Positions 39,199-53,288 of a stretch of DNA of 64,000 nucleotides are shown in pieces; position 1 is the first letter of the stretch; the number at the start of each line of letters is the position of its first letter. The DNA comes from Eledone cirrhosa. Taxonomy: Eukaryota. Position numbers and translations under genes: made by a program. Under the pieces are notes generated by a model that worked only from the letters and a program-made list of their open reading frames with translations, made no database searches and was not told the origin of the DNA. Location: the NCBI GenBank assembly GCA_964016885.1, contig OZ024741.1, forward strand, positions 71,734,001 through 71,798,000, written 5' to 3'.

Positions 39199-40185
39199 TG
39201 CCTGATTTTCCATATATAATCTGTTCATCCCTCTTTATACATCAAATCAGAGATTGTATTGGACTCATTCATCAGCCAATGTGTTTTTAACAAAGTAATT
39301 TCAGTAATTTCTAGTGACATAGCTGTCAATGTTAGTTTTATTAACTGTATAAATATACCACAATATAAATTGGTGTGTGTATGTTTGTTAAATACCTGAC
39401 TGAATTACTGGTATGACATATGTGGATTTCAGTGGAGGAAATAAAAGTTAGCCAAACTCCAACCCACATACAGTGTATAACTTCTCATTGAATTAATTAG
39501 TTATTCCAGACATGGTGTCAGTCAGTTCTTGATTGCTATTGTCTAACAGTTATAGATGATAAAACAAGAGAGAAAAATGAAATGCACAGCTCACATCTAT
39601 GCAGGTTTAGCTGACCCCGTTCGAGGATACATCACATAGGAGGCTTCTTCAGATTTTTAGTGATAGGAGACTCTCTATTAAATTGTATGCACTAGAACCT
39701 CCATCTACTGTTGCTCTGCAAACTCATAACCCTCCTCCTTCTGACTCTTTTTACTACTGTTCTCTTTTTGCTGTCTTTTATCTTTTCACTACTTTTTTCT
39801 TATCTTTTCTGTTTACCCATTCTTTCTTTGCTACAATTTTCTCCTCATCCCTTGTAATTTTCTCTACCTTCTCATTTTCTTTTCTCCTCACTCTCTCATC
39901 CATTCTTATTCTCCTCCCTATTTCTTTCTCTCTTTCTTCTCTTCTCTTCACTTTCTCATTTGTTTATTCTCCTTACCCTCTCTCTCCCTTATTCTCTTTA
40001 CCGTTACTCTCCCTCACTTTCTCTCTGCCCCTTATTCTCCTTCTCCCTTTACCCTATTTTATTCACCCTTTCTCATGTTCTTACTTAAAACCATTCCCTA
40101 ATAGTTTTCATTGTTTTAATTACTAAAGTCACCATTATCAATCAGTTATGAATTTAATTACATCACTAATTCAATGATGGATGTT

Positions 40186-40263
<78 letters not shown>
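40186..40263. repeat. (GT)n(GA)n compound microsatellite
   Basis: Directly visible. Confidence 0.95.
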
Positions 40264-40265
<2 letters not shown>

Positions 40266-41074
40266 TTGCTAAATAATTATCATATCTGCTTTGTGTTTAT
40301 GTTGGTATGAGTGTGTATATGTGTTTTTAAGCAAATAAGCTGTAAAAGAATAAAGATAAATATACATTTATCAGTTGCAGCGATGAATGTTACAGTTTGG
40401 CTAATTAATGTGTAAGTGGCTGAGTATTCCACAGACACATGTTCCTTTAACATAATTCACAGTGACAAAATTGGACTTGAGCATTACAGGTACAGTCAAT
40501 CTGATGGGCTGCCAAACAGTATCTGTCAACCCAATTTCATTCACAAGGCTTGAGTTGACTTGAGGCTGTGGTAAAAGACACTTCCTCAAGATGTCATGTA
40601 GTGGGAACCTCGTGATTGTGAAGTGAACTTCTTGCCTGCATCCATTAAATAATAAACTGAAGGTACATCTCCATAAATGGATATTTTATAGAAAATAATG
40701 AAGTTATAGAAATAAAAACACAAAACATTTTTCTTTTTTTTATCTTCATTATCTTCCTACAGAATTGGATAAGAAATGAAAATGATATAATAGAAATATG
40801 ATAAAAGATTTCTTATATCAAACGTTTTGGAAGATTTTAATTTAATTCAGAACCCTTTAAGATGTGTGGTTATTGTTTCACTGAACCAAAGGCAGGTTGT
40901 TATCAAAAGGGTTATTCATATATGAGATACATATTCACCTGGGGAAGAAAACATTAGTTTATAGTTAAAGTTAGTTATTTGTGAGTCTAGAAGCTTATCA
41001 AGATGGAGCTTACCTAGATTTCATGTGTTGGTTGCCAGTCCCTTGTAGAGTTAGCACCCAACTGCTTGTTGGTA

Positions 41075-41212
41075 TTCATTTTTTCAGCTGAGTGAACTGG
41101 AGTAATGTGAAATGAAGTGCCTTCTTCAAGGATACACTGCATTGTCCAGTCTGGCAGTTGAACTCATGATCTTACAATCATGATACCTACCCTTTAACCA
41201 CTATGTCATGTC
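41075..41212 (-). mobile_element. Decayed CORE-type SINE head
   Basis: CAGCTGAGTGAACTGGAG.AATGTGAAAT.AAGTGCCTT.CAAGG is the reverse of the CORE block. Confidence 0.6.
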
Positions 41213-41678
41213 CCTTTGCTAGTTTATTACAAGTAGACCCCCACCCCATCTCCTGTGGTTGTATTTGAACTCATTTCTGCAAGCCAATGAAATATTTCTT
41301 TTGTTTCCTATTGAGCATTGTGTAATTTTCATTGTTTCTGTAGCAATTTTGATTAATGGAGGTAGGGTTACTGGCTTGATCCTCCCTAGTGTTTCAAAGT
41401 CAGGTAGTCAGCTGGAGCCAGTTGAGCCAAGAATTCAAATTACTTCACTCTATTTTTAAAGGAACATTAGATAATGCTATATCCAGTATTTAAATCATTT
41501 TACTCTATTTTCAAAGATACAGTAGGTAAAGGTACATCTTGCTGGGAAATAATCCTTCATTCAATCTTGGATAACGGTATGTCCAATAGTGAAGGAACAT
41601 TAATTAACACTATGTCCAATATTGAAACAATGCTTCTTTAAATCCTGTATAACAGTATGTCTGGTATTAAAGTACTTA

Positions 41679-42784
41679 GGGTTATCCATATCAAATCACC
41701 CAGTTTCAGAAACATTTCCCAGGTCACCCCCTCAGATCCCCCTGAAAAAAATTCATACTAGCTCCTGTACCTATATGATGGAAAAATATCAAGTATTAGG
41801 TCAATATCTTTGATAGTTTTGAAATTGTAGGCCTTTGAAATATTGATTAATTTTACATTTTTTTCCGAACAAATTTTTCTTTTGTGTAAAACATGGTTAC
41901 ACTATCATGGTTACACTATCATGTAAAACATGGTTATGGATATACATGTAGTAGTTTGCCATTTGTTGAATCAATAAATACCCATTAATTTAAAAGACTT
42001 TATTTATACTATATTGAATAAATCACTGATGGATGATATGCTGTTTTATATCTATGCTTTATGAATAAGTTGATCCTGCAAAGCGCTGACAACTGAATTT
42101 CTAAAAATTCACAACTCTGAAAAGAAGCTCAGCAACAAAACCAAATTTCTGTCACATCATTGTCAGAAGTATATACTTGCATAGTAAAAATTTGAAAAAT
42201 GATAGTGAACTGCCCACATGGTCAACTAAGGGCATCAAAAGTGGCATTTTTGAGAAATTTTGAAATAGCACATATTTCAAAAAGTTATTCTGACACTCCC
42301 GTAATAGTAACTAACATGGTTACTGCTTAGAAATGGTCTACTATATGCTAAGTAACAGGAAAACAATTGTGGTTGCTTTATCAAGTGTACCTATTGAGAT
42401 AAAAATACCTAAAAGAGGCATACATTTGCTGTATGTTTAATTCTTGGCAATTTTCAGAGGCCTGTAGATGGAAAAGTATACACTTGATTTGATAAGATAT
42501 ATGAACTCTACGGAAAAAGTTAGCCCGAAACACATGATTTCAAAGTTGTGTTTACCTTATTAGAGGAGAAATAGCTGTCCCAAGTTGGTCTGAGAGACTC
42601 GTTCGGAAAAAAATGTTAAATTAATCAATATTTCAAAGGCCTATAATTTCAAAACTATCAAAGATATTGACCTAATACTTGATATTTTTCCACCATATAG
42701 GTACAGGAGCTAGTATGAATTTTTTCAGGGGGTTCTAAGGGGGTGACCTGGGACCCTCTAGGTGATTTGACATGGAATGACTCC
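41679..42784. mobile_element. Non-autonomous DNA transposon with ~190-bp TIRs and TTA flanks (Harbinger- or Kolobok-like)
   Basis: 41679-41870 is the reverse complement of 42601-42784, apart from a short indel. TTA is on both sides. Confidence 0.8.
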
Positions 42785-43659
42785 TTAGCAATTAAACCAT
42801 AGTGTCATTACTTTCAGTGGTGAATGTACTAGCCTCTTGTTGTACCTTCTTACAGCTAGGTGCACTAAGCAAGTGATAGTTGTGTGTCTTGGCCCAGGAT
42901 ATAATAGGATGTCAGTAACAAATTGAACAGTCAGTTTCTTTAGCCACTTGTCCCATACTCTGTTGACTCTGTTATTCAACTACTTTATTTCAGTAAATGC
43001 AGCCTAACCAAATGGTTTAATTCACTTTGCAATCATTATGTTCTGGGTTCGATCCCACTGTGAGGCATCTTGAGCAACTGTCATTTACCATAGTATCAAG
43101 TTGTGAGTCAAATTGGGTAGATGGAAACTGATTGAAAGCCCATCAAATAGACGTTTTGTGAATATGCTGGGCGTATTGTGAAGACGCTGGACATCTTGTG
43201 AATATGCTGGACATCATGTGAACATAAAAGCTGTTGTAAACATAAAAATGTCTTGTATAAGGCTGTAAAAATGACAATATTAAGTTTTCAGTTAGGATTG
43301 GTTCAGTCACTGTCTCTATTTTATCTCCATTAAATGGTGGGTGGGACAGTCCATTAAGAGGTGGGTTGGACAGGCCATTAAGAGATGGGCGGGGTTAGCC
43401 ATTCAGAGGTTGGCAGGGCACTCCTTATTCTGGCAAGTTACAGGATTTCAATATCTTTACACTTAAACGAGGGTTACACCTATTAATCAACAGATAATTG
43501 GTATTGGCAATATTGGTCATTTTGCTGATTTATTGGTATTGATTTATTTTTTATCGATAAAGTGGTTTTGATAATCAGCATTGTTTTGTTTTTTTGCTGA
43601 TCAATCGATTTTGAAAATTGGCCATTATTGAATTTTTTTTTATTGTTAGGTAAGTATTG

Positions 43660-43859
43660 GTAGAGCATCAGAGAACATGCTTTGCACCATATAGTTACGA
43701 CTCTTTACGTTCTGGGTTCAAATCTTTCTGGGTTAGCTTTGCCTTTCATCCTTACAGAGTTGATAAAATATAGTACCAGTAATGCACTGGGGTTCATTTA
43801 ATCGACTTCCACCCTCTCTCCAAATTGCTGGCCTTGTGTCAAAAGTAGAAACAATTATT
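43660..43859 (+). mobile_element. Meta-type SINE
   Basis: GGGTTCAAATC, CTTTGCCTTTCATCCTTAC..GATAAAAT.AGTACCAG and AGAAACAATTATT. Confidence 0.7.
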
Positions 43860-44114
43860 GCTGGAGCAAGAAGACCATGTGTGACAAAGAAATTTGGGAA
43901 ATTCAGTGGATTAAACATATAGAAATACATAAGACTATTTTCTAGAACACACAATATAAGCCCACCAATGTAATATAACTCTGTCTCTAGTGCTTGTATG
44001 TTCTGACCTATACAACTGGAAACTACACAGGGAACATAATTCCATGTAGGTTAAAGGTTGTCAAAGTGGAAAAGAAGTCCTTCTAAACATCTGAGAGGAT
44101 AATTGATCTTTTAA

Positions 44115-46127
44115 CCCTTTAGCATTTACATAACTCTATATATATTATTATATATATTATTATGTAGTATTATTATTATATATATTGATTTAGATGAAAT
44201 GCAGTTTGGGTTTGTGTCAGGTAAAAGTTCCACTGACGCTCTTTTCCTTGTACGACAACTACAGGAGAAGTACCTAGTTAAAAGTAAACCCCTATACTTA
44301 GCTTTTGTTGACTTGGAGAAAGCCTTTGATAGAGTCCCCTGCTCCATTATCTGGTGGGCTCTTAGAAAACTAGGTGTTGCTGAATGGCTTGTGAGAGCTA
44401 TATAAGCCATGTATAAAGAAACAGTCAGCAAGATTAGAATTAACAACGAATATAGTGAAGAATTTAACGTAAAAGTTGGTGTTCATCAAGGCTCTGTCCT
44501 TAGCCCCCTCCTATTTAGCCCTTCAGGCTATAACAGAGGAGTTCAAGACTGGCTGCCCATGGGAACTTCTATACGCAGATGATCTCTCATAGCTGAATTG
44601 ATGGCTGAACTAGAGAAGAAATCCCAAACATGGAAGCATGGCCTAGAATCAAAAGGTATTAAAGTTAACTTGTCTAAGACTAAAGTTCTAGTTTGTAGAA
44701 AGGAAAATAGGGCACATGTGCCTTCAGGGAAATGGCCATGCTCAGTGTGTAGGAAAAGAGTAGGCAGAAATTCCATTTTATGTCCCAAATGCAAAGTATG
44801 GGTACATAAAAGATGTAGTGGGATCACAGGTAAACTATCTAAGAACGTAGATTTTATATGTGGCCGATGTTCAGGTGCAATGAGTAGCAGGTGCCCACAG
44901 GATACTAGCTCTTTCTATTGCCCAGATGGTTCTATAGAAATAGTGGACAGCTTCCGTTACTTGGGTGACAAAATCAGCAGTGGTGGAGGGTGCTCTGAAA
45001 GTACAGTAGTCAGAACGGGATGGAAAAAGTTCAGAGAGCTTATACCACTATTGGTCACTAAAGGTTTTTCTCTAAAAATGAAAGGCAGATTGTATGATGC
45101 CTGTATACGAACAGCAATGTTATATGGCAGTGAGACATGGGCTTTGTGTGCAGAGGATCTGCGCAGACTGGAGAGGAACGAAGCTTCCATGCTCCATTGG
45201 ATGTGTAATAGTAATATACGCGAACGGCAAAGCATAAATAAACTGTGAGAAATTAGGAATAAGAGGGATCAGATGCTGTTTACTTGAGAGAAGACTACGT
45301 TGGTATGGTCACGTGATGCGCATGAAAGACGACAGTTGTATAAAAAAGTGCAGGGTGATCAAAATTGATGGTAGACCCAGAAAAACTTGGCACAATTTGA
45401 TAAATTCCGACCTTACACACTTACACCTCTCCAAGACAATGTCACTGGACCGAGAACTTTGGCGCTACGCAGTAATACAGAAGACTCGCCTTGCCTAAGT
45501 ACAGAGCGAAACCTACAGTCAGTAGGCACCTCCTAACCAAAAATACACCCCAATCCCACTACGCCTACCCCCACCCCATCTACACCACCCCTTTCTCTAT
45601 AAAGTTATGGTGGTGCCACAACATCCAGTCCTAAATAAATGAGGTCGTGTAGGTGTCACAACAAAAAAAAAAACACAGTCCACGGTGTAATGTGACCGTG
45701 TAGGTAACACGGTAAAAACCTCCCAGTCCACACTGTAAACGTGGTTGGTGTTAGGAAGGGCATCCAGCCATAGAAAACCTGCCAGACAGTCCTATACGAG
45801 CGAGACATGGTCACCTGACCAATCTTGCCTCAAGTAGGACAATTCCCATCTAAACCCATGCTAGCGTGGAAGATAGACGTTAAACAATGATCATGATGAT
45901 GATATATACTATTATATTTTCGCATTAAAGGATTTACCTCACATAATTATCTCACATAATATCTCACATACCTCACATATTTATCTCACATAAAATCTAT
46001 GAGATTTTGATATTATTTATTTTGAGAACAATACCTTAACATCAGTATGAGTGGCCAGTTAAAGCCGGTTGAACTGACAGAGGTGAGAGAATTCTGGCTG
46101 GATATGGCCGGTTTAAATGCTAAAGGG
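44115..46127. mobile_element. piggyBac-type MITE split by a nested RTE LINE
   Basis: TTAA|CCCTTTAGCATTTA ... TAAATGCTAAAGGG|TTAA. Confidence 0.8.
44187..45903 (+). mobile_element. RTE subfamily A-like LINE, 5'-truncated, decayed
   Basis: MQFGFV, FVDLEKAFDRV and PHD-like insert, with frameshifts and stops. The 3' UTR resembles 20800-21290 and ends in (GAT)n. Confidence 0.9.
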
Positions 46128-47928
46128 TTAAAAGGAATTAATTTTAAAATGATAAAGATTCTGATAACATGTTTATTTAAAGGTATTCAAAGATTTTCCA
46201 GTAATAATGATTGCTGTTATCTTAATTCACTCAAATATTTTAAAATTATAATATATAAGCATCAAACTTTTTCCATTTTCAGAGCATAACCAATTTCTTG
46301 CAGGCTTGTATAAGTTACCACCTATGGTAAAATCAGCCTAATTTTGTCATCATGTGCTCTCAAATAGTAGCTCTATAATTGTGATTAATTATGAAATATT
46401 TTAATAAAATAATTAATTATAATGCACATTTTCATATCATCATCATTTAACATATGTTTTGTATGTTAGCAAAGGTTGGACACATCATCACAGACCAAGT
46501 CATTCTTTAATCAAAACTACTGACATCTTAAATGGGCCTTAGGCCTGCTTCTCATTCACATTTGTTACTGCTCTCTACAGAGTGCACTGGATGCATTTTA
46601 TCATGGCACCAGCACCAGATAGGTTATCATGTCTCTGACACAGCTAAAGAATCCTTCCAATTATTTGTTTAGCGCAATACATAATTACATTATACATAAT
46701 CAATGGCCAAATAATCAGTATTAGCTGATTTGCTTATCGAAGCATCCCTACTCTGTACTAGTGGGGAGAGGCTGTTGTTACAAATAGGTGTGGTCAACTC
46801 TTTATTCAGGAACAGTTGCTTAAGTAAAGGGACTGGGTTAAATATTGTTGGTTTGTATAAGTCTTACCTGGCAAGAAATTGAGAAAAATATTTCTATTTT
46901 GGGGTTTTTATATTGAATTTAAGGTAGTAATTTGGCAGTCATTGGCAATTTACATGATAAATGCACTTGGTACACTGTGGTTGGTGACAGGAAGAGCATC
47001 CAGCCAGAAAAATCCTGCCTAACACTATGTTGGGAGGAGTCTTCAGTTGTGTCAAAGACATGACAACCTCCCTAGTGCTGGTGTCATGATAAAATACCCC
47101 CCCCCCCCATTGGCTGGATCTGAAGAGGAATGGTCGCTGCCAGGTTTAAAATGCCCAAGACACGTTGCATGTCATGATAGTACTCCTATGACTCTCGTAT
47201 CAGAAGTTAGGGGTCTCTGGCATGGATGAACATAAAATAAATACTTCCTTTGTCCAAAATCGCAATAAAAGAAGATTCATTTCCCACTCTTTTTTTCTAC
47301 TTAATATCACATTATATATTCTTACAGAAATGTTTAAGTCAAATATCAGTCCTATTTATCCATTCTTCAAGAACATAATGAACATTTTCTGCTGAAAGAG
47401 ATAGGTTGTTGGGGGGTTGTAGGTTCTCACCCCTCTTCATCCTCCCCTCTCATTTCTTCTCCTCCTTCTCCTTCTTGGTAGGGGTGTTAGCAGTGTTGGA
47501 TATTTGTAATAGGGGCCAACATAAGCAATCTTTGCTTATGTTTGAGTCATTAGTGTTAAGAAGTGCTAGCTGAGGTCCTGCTCTACACCTCTTTACTGTC
47601 AACATTAAAACCAAAGCAGTTATCACACTTGACATGCAACAACTGACACCTTTATACATACATAGCACTCTTTTATTATTCAGTCATGTTAACCTCCAGT
47701 TTCTCTCCCCATTCCAACTTCTCCATGCATGTAGTAAAGCTGTCACCAGTTTTGTCATGGCTGTTTGCCTTCTCAAATACTTGTGTGTATGTGTGATCTG
47801 AACATTTCAGTTTACAAATGTCTAAGATTTAGTGTGTGTCTTGTGCTCTGACATTTATAATTGTCCTTAAATCAACATTTCTGATTGTCATAAATAACAC
47901 AGTTAGCTTCTTTTTGGTTCACATTTAA

Positions 47929-48174
47929 CCCTTTTGGTACCAAACTGCTTGAAACCCTGCTTTAGATTTATGATACAAAACTTGTTGTTTTTAAAATGTT
48001 TATTCTTCCATCATGATTTTTATTTAAGTGATGATTTTTAAGTGATGTTCTAAATATCAGCTTACTAATCTGAATGAATGGATTATTTTATTAAATTCTT
48101 TCAAATATTTGATTATTTTCAAAAATAATTGAGACACAGGCAGTGTATTTCATTAGAAATACAGTAACAAAAGG
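47929..48174. mobile_element. piggyBac-type MITE (TTAA-CCCTTTT family)
   Basis: TTAA|CCCTTTTGGTACCAAAC ... GTAACAAAAGG. Related copies are at 59066, 62137 and ~62522. Confidence 0.6.
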
Positions 48175-48642
48175 CTAATAGTGCCCAGATGAAATATGAC
48201 TGTTGCATCAAAGAACAATTGTGACTTGTGTTCTGGGTTGTCTCAAGGTTATAAAAAGGTTTGTTTACCATGAAATTATTGATGGCTTTAGAGTATTTAT
48301 TTTGACTGTAGTATGTATATTTTAAACAGTTTAATAATAAACTCTGACTAAAAATATATTATTTTCATTTTTATATGTATATTTTTCACCATGCATGAAA
48401 CTTTGCAGTTTTATTCTGACCCAATGAAGTATCAAATTAGTTAAAGCAAAACTGGTGGCAATAATGTGGTTTTTGAAATAAAACACAGATGCTTGTTACA
48501 TGGCAAGTAAATGCTACACTGTCAGCGAATACTGCATGGTCAGTGGGCATGATCATGTGGTCACTACATGGTCAGTGGCTGTTACGTGGTTAGTGATTAC
48601 TACATGTTCACATAGGATATAACTTTCTACTCCAAAGCATAA

Positions 48643-50469
48643 CACCGTGTAACAAAAATTTTTTTTTCTCTGTTTCTGGCTTGTAATCACTTTTTTTTGT
48701 GTTGCTTAGGTCCCAAATAAATAAAAAAGTGCTATTAAACAGTTAAAAGTTTGGGTTTGTAAAAATTCTAAGCTATTCACTAGAATTATTTGTATGCTGG
48801 ATTTTACGTTGTATGTAAGTTTAATTTGCTTATGTTAAATGATTTTTTTATATATGTTTCAGGTTAAATTAAAATTATAAAATAAAGAGTAATATCTAAA
48901 GAAAATTATAAAAGTGCAATAAAGTATAAAATTGTTAAAAAGTGGATTAAAGAGATTTATTGATACTGGGGTACCAGAAAAAGTTCCTCACTTCCCAAAC
49001 TAAAAAGAAGTCAATGACTTGGTCAGGGATATGGGTCTGACCAAGTCCAATGAAGAGCTATTCGACTCCAGGATGAAGCAGTGGAACTTGGTCAAGGAGG
49101 AAGTGCAGGTGACAAGTCAGAGAAGTCGACACAAACCTTTCTCAGGCTTTTACACTCTTAGGGATGGCCATTGCTTCTGCCATGATGTGCCTGGACTGTT
49201 TGATGTTATTGGGGTGCCGTTTGTGCCCAAGGAGTGGCAGCTATTTATAGACAGCTCCACCACAAGTTTGAAGGCTGTCCTCCTCCACAATGGAAACAAG
49301 TTCCCGACACTGCTCCTAGCTCATTCAGTCTGCCCGAAGGAAGATTACTACAGTGTGAAAGTCCTCTTGGAAGCTCTGCAATACAACCAGTACAATTGGG
49401 AAATCATTGGAGACTTCAAGATGGTGGCTTTCCTGCTTGGACTCCAAGGAGGCTTTATCAAATTCCAATGCTTCCTCTGCCTTTGGAACAGCAGAGCCAC
49501 CTCTGATCACTACAAAAGAAAGAACATAATTTGTAGTTGGGACCCGGAACGTCATGTGGGAGCCACTGGTTGATCCCAGGATTGTGTTCATGCCGCCACT
49601 GCACATTAAGTTGGGATTGATGAAGCAGTTTGTGAAGGCTCTCAACCAAGAATCAGCTGCTTTTAAGTACCTTCTTGAGTTCTTCCCCAAGTTATCTGAG
49701 GCCAAAATCAAAGGTGGAAATTTTGTTGGACCTCAGATAAAGAAGGTGTTTGAGTCTACCGAGTTCTCCAATAAGCTCAATAGGATTGAGAGAACAGTAT
49801 GGAACTGTTTCAAGGCAGTTGTTAAGGGCTTCCTGGGCAACTACAGAGCTAAAAACTACCAGCAACTGGTGCAGGATCTGAGAAAGGCTTTTGGTGCCAT
49901 GGGATGCAGGATGTCGCTTAAACTTCATATGCTGGACGCTCACCTGGAAAAATTCAAGGACAATATGGGCGCCTACTCAGAAGAACAAGGCGAACGATTC
50001 CACCAAGGTGTGAAAGAGATAGAGCGGAGGTACCAGGGCCTCTACAATGAAAAAATGATAGGGGACTATATCTGGGGGCTAGTGCGGGAATGCGACCTGG
50101 ACTACAACCGCAAATCCAGGAAATCCAGTCATTTCTGACGTGTATAAGTTGCTTTATAAGTGTTATTTGTTTTTACTTGTTTGCTTTTGATAAGCTTGTG
50201 TAATAAAATAAATATATACTCTGTTGATTCAATTATATGAACTGATAAATTTTAAAAAAAATGTTTTTTCTTGAAAAATATGAAAATTTCGAAATATCAA
50301 ACTCCTGACCACAAACCCAAACTTCTGATTAAATAATAGTGTTTTTTTTATAATAATTTAATTTGTTTTTTTTTATAATAATTTAATCTGTTTTTTTTAA
50401 ATAATAATGGGATATAACAAACCAGGAAATGACACTTAGAACCGGGGAACAAAAATATGTTACACGGTG
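48643..50469 (+). mobile_element. Chapaev3-like (CMC) DNA transposon with decayed transposase
   Basis: TIRs CACCGTGTAACA / TGTTACACGGTG and 3-bp TAA TSD. Transposase motifs LFIDSS.SLKAVLLHNGN, GDFK, CFLC, PPLHIKLG, LHMLDAH and EQGERFHQ. Confidence 0.85.
48980..50138 (+). pseudogene. DDE transposase pseudogene (N-terminus missing, frameshift near 49530-49555)
   Basis: ORFs 49019-49573 and 49554-50138 are in different frames, with an upstream TAA at about 49001. Confidence 0.85.
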
Positions 50470-50674
50470 TAATTTACAACCAGATATATGGCTGCCACAG
50501 TTTTGTCTTTCCATCTCCTTCCAGAACAACCATGAAAGTTTTCCTGTCAATAAGACCAATGGAACTGCTAGTTTTCTTTTCAGTTTCTATGGCTGAGTTG
50601 AATCCATAAACTCTTGTTTCTATTTAATCTCAGCTAACACCATTTCATTTCACAAATACTTTCATTATATGTTG

Positions 50675-50900
50675 TCAAGGTTACTGCCTGTCCTATACAT
50701 TGTGCTCCTATTACATGTTGCCATGGCAACTGCCTGCCCTATACATTGTTCTTACATGTCATCATGACAAATGCCTGACCTATACATTGTGATCCTATTA
50801 AATGTTGTCATGACAACTGCCCTATAGACTGTGTTTTTATGACAATTGCCCTATACATTGTGTCATGGCAACTACTTTATGTAATGAGCTCTTATTACAT
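50675..50900. repeat. Degenerate ~35-45 bp minisatellite
   Basis: Recurrent CCTATACATTG...ATG.CAACTGCC. Confidence 0.7.
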
Positions 50901-51451
50901 ATTTTGAAACATCTGTTCTAACTCTAATATCAAATTATTTCTCACACTACACTACCCTCACCCCCATTCCACCCCGCCCCACCCCACATTACAATACTCC
51001 ATTCCACACACTAGTCCACATTACTCCACACTACACCATACCATAGTACACAGCCCAAGAAGTGGGAATAGAGCAAAGAGCAGAGCTAATTCTTATCTAT
51101 TAACAGAAACTGTCAAAAGTTAGATTACAGATTTCTTCAAATTGGATTGTCTTATGTTGATATTGGTGGAAAATATGGAACTTATTTACAGATTACAGAC
51201 ACAAGAAAAATATAGGAAACCACAAAAAAAAAAAAAAAAAAAAACTTGTTTTTTTTATGTGCTGCAAGGAAATTCATGACTGACATCAATCTTAACATCT
51301 TCAATAAATAGATCTCTGTTTCCTTGCCTACCTGCTTCTCTCTCTCTCTCTCTCTCTCTGTTTGCCTGCCTGTCTGTCAGCCATTCTTATTTTGGCTACT
51401 ATAGTTCAAGAATACCCACTGCTACTGCAAGGAAAAAAAAACAACAAATTT

Positions 51452-51745
51452 TAGCTTACACCTATGTAAGTTATGCTACTTCCCTACAAGGTTGCATCTC
51501 ATATAAGGTTTTGCGGGTGTTTTAATGATAGGGGCCCCAGTCCTCTTATATTTTTACAGCTGACACCTATGTAAGTTTAACTGGCCTCCTATGAGGTTGC
51601 ATCTCATAAAGAATTTTTCAGGTGTTTTAATGATAGCAACCTCCAACTTATCACATTATTTTTGTTACAGCTCACATTTGTGCAGGTTTAGTTGGCCTCC
51701 TATGTGGTCACATCTCATAGGAGGTTTCTCAGGTATTTTAATAAG
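51452..51745. repeat. Three degenerate ~105 bp tandem units
   Basis: CACCTATGTAAGTT...GGTTGCATCTCATA...GGTGTTTTAATGATAG recurs. Confidence 0.7.
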
Positions 51746-52129
51746 GGTTACAGTCATATTATGACAAGCAATGCAAAACGAAGCATCTTCCTCAAGAAAA
51801 CATGGCACAAGAACTGACCATCTTATTATCAACACTATAACCACCGTTATGCACCTTCCCGCCTCCACCGCTAAATATGTCATCTTGGTAACAGATGCTA
51901 CTTTTAGAGTGCCATCTGCACATTTGAAAGAAGTTATTTCAGAGGTGATCTCACTGCTAATTATTCCTGTGCATTTTCTACATACAAATCCTTTCTTCTC
52001 TCTAGGCCTCTCTGTAGTCAGATTTGCACCTACTCAGTTCTTTGAGAACATTTGCATGAATTTAGTAAAAGATGCATAAGTGATGAAAGAAGAGTTTTAT
52101 TTTAGAAAAAATTGATATGAATAATCTTG

Positions 52130-53288
52130 AAATTCTTCTTGATGCATTTACTCAATAAATCTGCTGTTAGCATTGATGACTGCTTCAATACAAGGTCTGA
52201 AACTTTGACATGCCTGAATCAGATGATCGTTATCTATTTTAGGCATTATGCTAGTTATGGGCAGACTTCAAAGATTTTATAGTGTTTTCTAGGCATTGAT
52301 TGACTTCCCTCTCAACTATGCCCTATACATAGTAGTCCAACAGATTCAGGTCTAGAGAGCTAGGAGGTCATATGTTTAGGGTGATGTGATCAGGGAAATT
52401 GTAACTTATCCATTCTTAGGTTGTCTTGGCCTTATGAAATAGTGCAGTGTATGGTCTTCCTTTTCTTTATCCAAGGCCTCACAACTGTCTTAAACACCTC
52501 TTTATAGTCAACAGTATTGACCTTTAAACCCTGAAGAAAGGAGGCATGACATCTCCCTCATTGTTCACAACTCCCAGAACCATCACAATTGCTAGAAACT
52601 TCATGTGCATGACCATTGGAATGCCTTTAGGGTTTCTACATAACAATCCGTCATTCCTTTGTTCTTGATCAAAATGTTTCTCATCCGAGAAAAACCAAAG
52701 CATTCCAGACATTTGATACTTTAATTTGCTCAACAAGTGCTTTGCATAGATCAAACAGTTATCTTTTGTCTTTCCAGGTATGAATTAGCCTCTTCACATC
52801 ACATGACTTGTATTGAAGGTCCTCATGTGCAATTCTTCCAAAAGTGTATCTTGAAACTTTGATCTCCTTTGCAATAGCGCTAATTGAGTTTCTGGGGTTC
52901 TTATTGATAATTTTCTGCACTTTCCGTACACATTTTGGAGACTTGGTGGTATTAGAACACTTAGTAAGCGTTTTACTGCTGTAGAATTCTCATCGGTGGC
53001 TTCCAGCTCTTTGCGAACTTTGACAACAAATGACCATGCAACTTTTAGGAAGAGAGCATCTCGAAATCACTATGCTCTGGCTTTAAGGCAATGATTACAT
53101 TGTGTCTTTTCATTTGCTGAGCTAGCTTGATGCCTGTCATCATTTATCAGAAAAGAAATGGTAATCAGAACAAGTTAGAAAGAAGTTGAGCTCTTAAAAA
53201 GACATGTCCTTAAAGAACTGAGCAATCATGTATTGTGCACTTATAGTTTATATTGGATGCACTATATAGAATTCTTACCTACCCTGTG
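52130..53288 (-). mobile_element. Decayed Tc1/mariner transposon (maT/DD37D-like)
   Basis: Minus strand WFFSDEKHF, VMVLGVV..EGDVMPPFF and *PPSSLDLNLLDYYV (compare WPPSSPDLNPLDY). Boundaries are approximate. Confidence 0.7.

Noticed and set aside
39683-40126. Hydrophobic 147-aa ORF
   Set aside because: A CT-rich low-complexity tract giving F/S/L bias.
43467-46750. Possible old hAT element (..ATCGAAGCATCCCTA end) enclosing the nested MITE/LINE
   Set aside because: The left end is too decayed and no TSD is identifiable.
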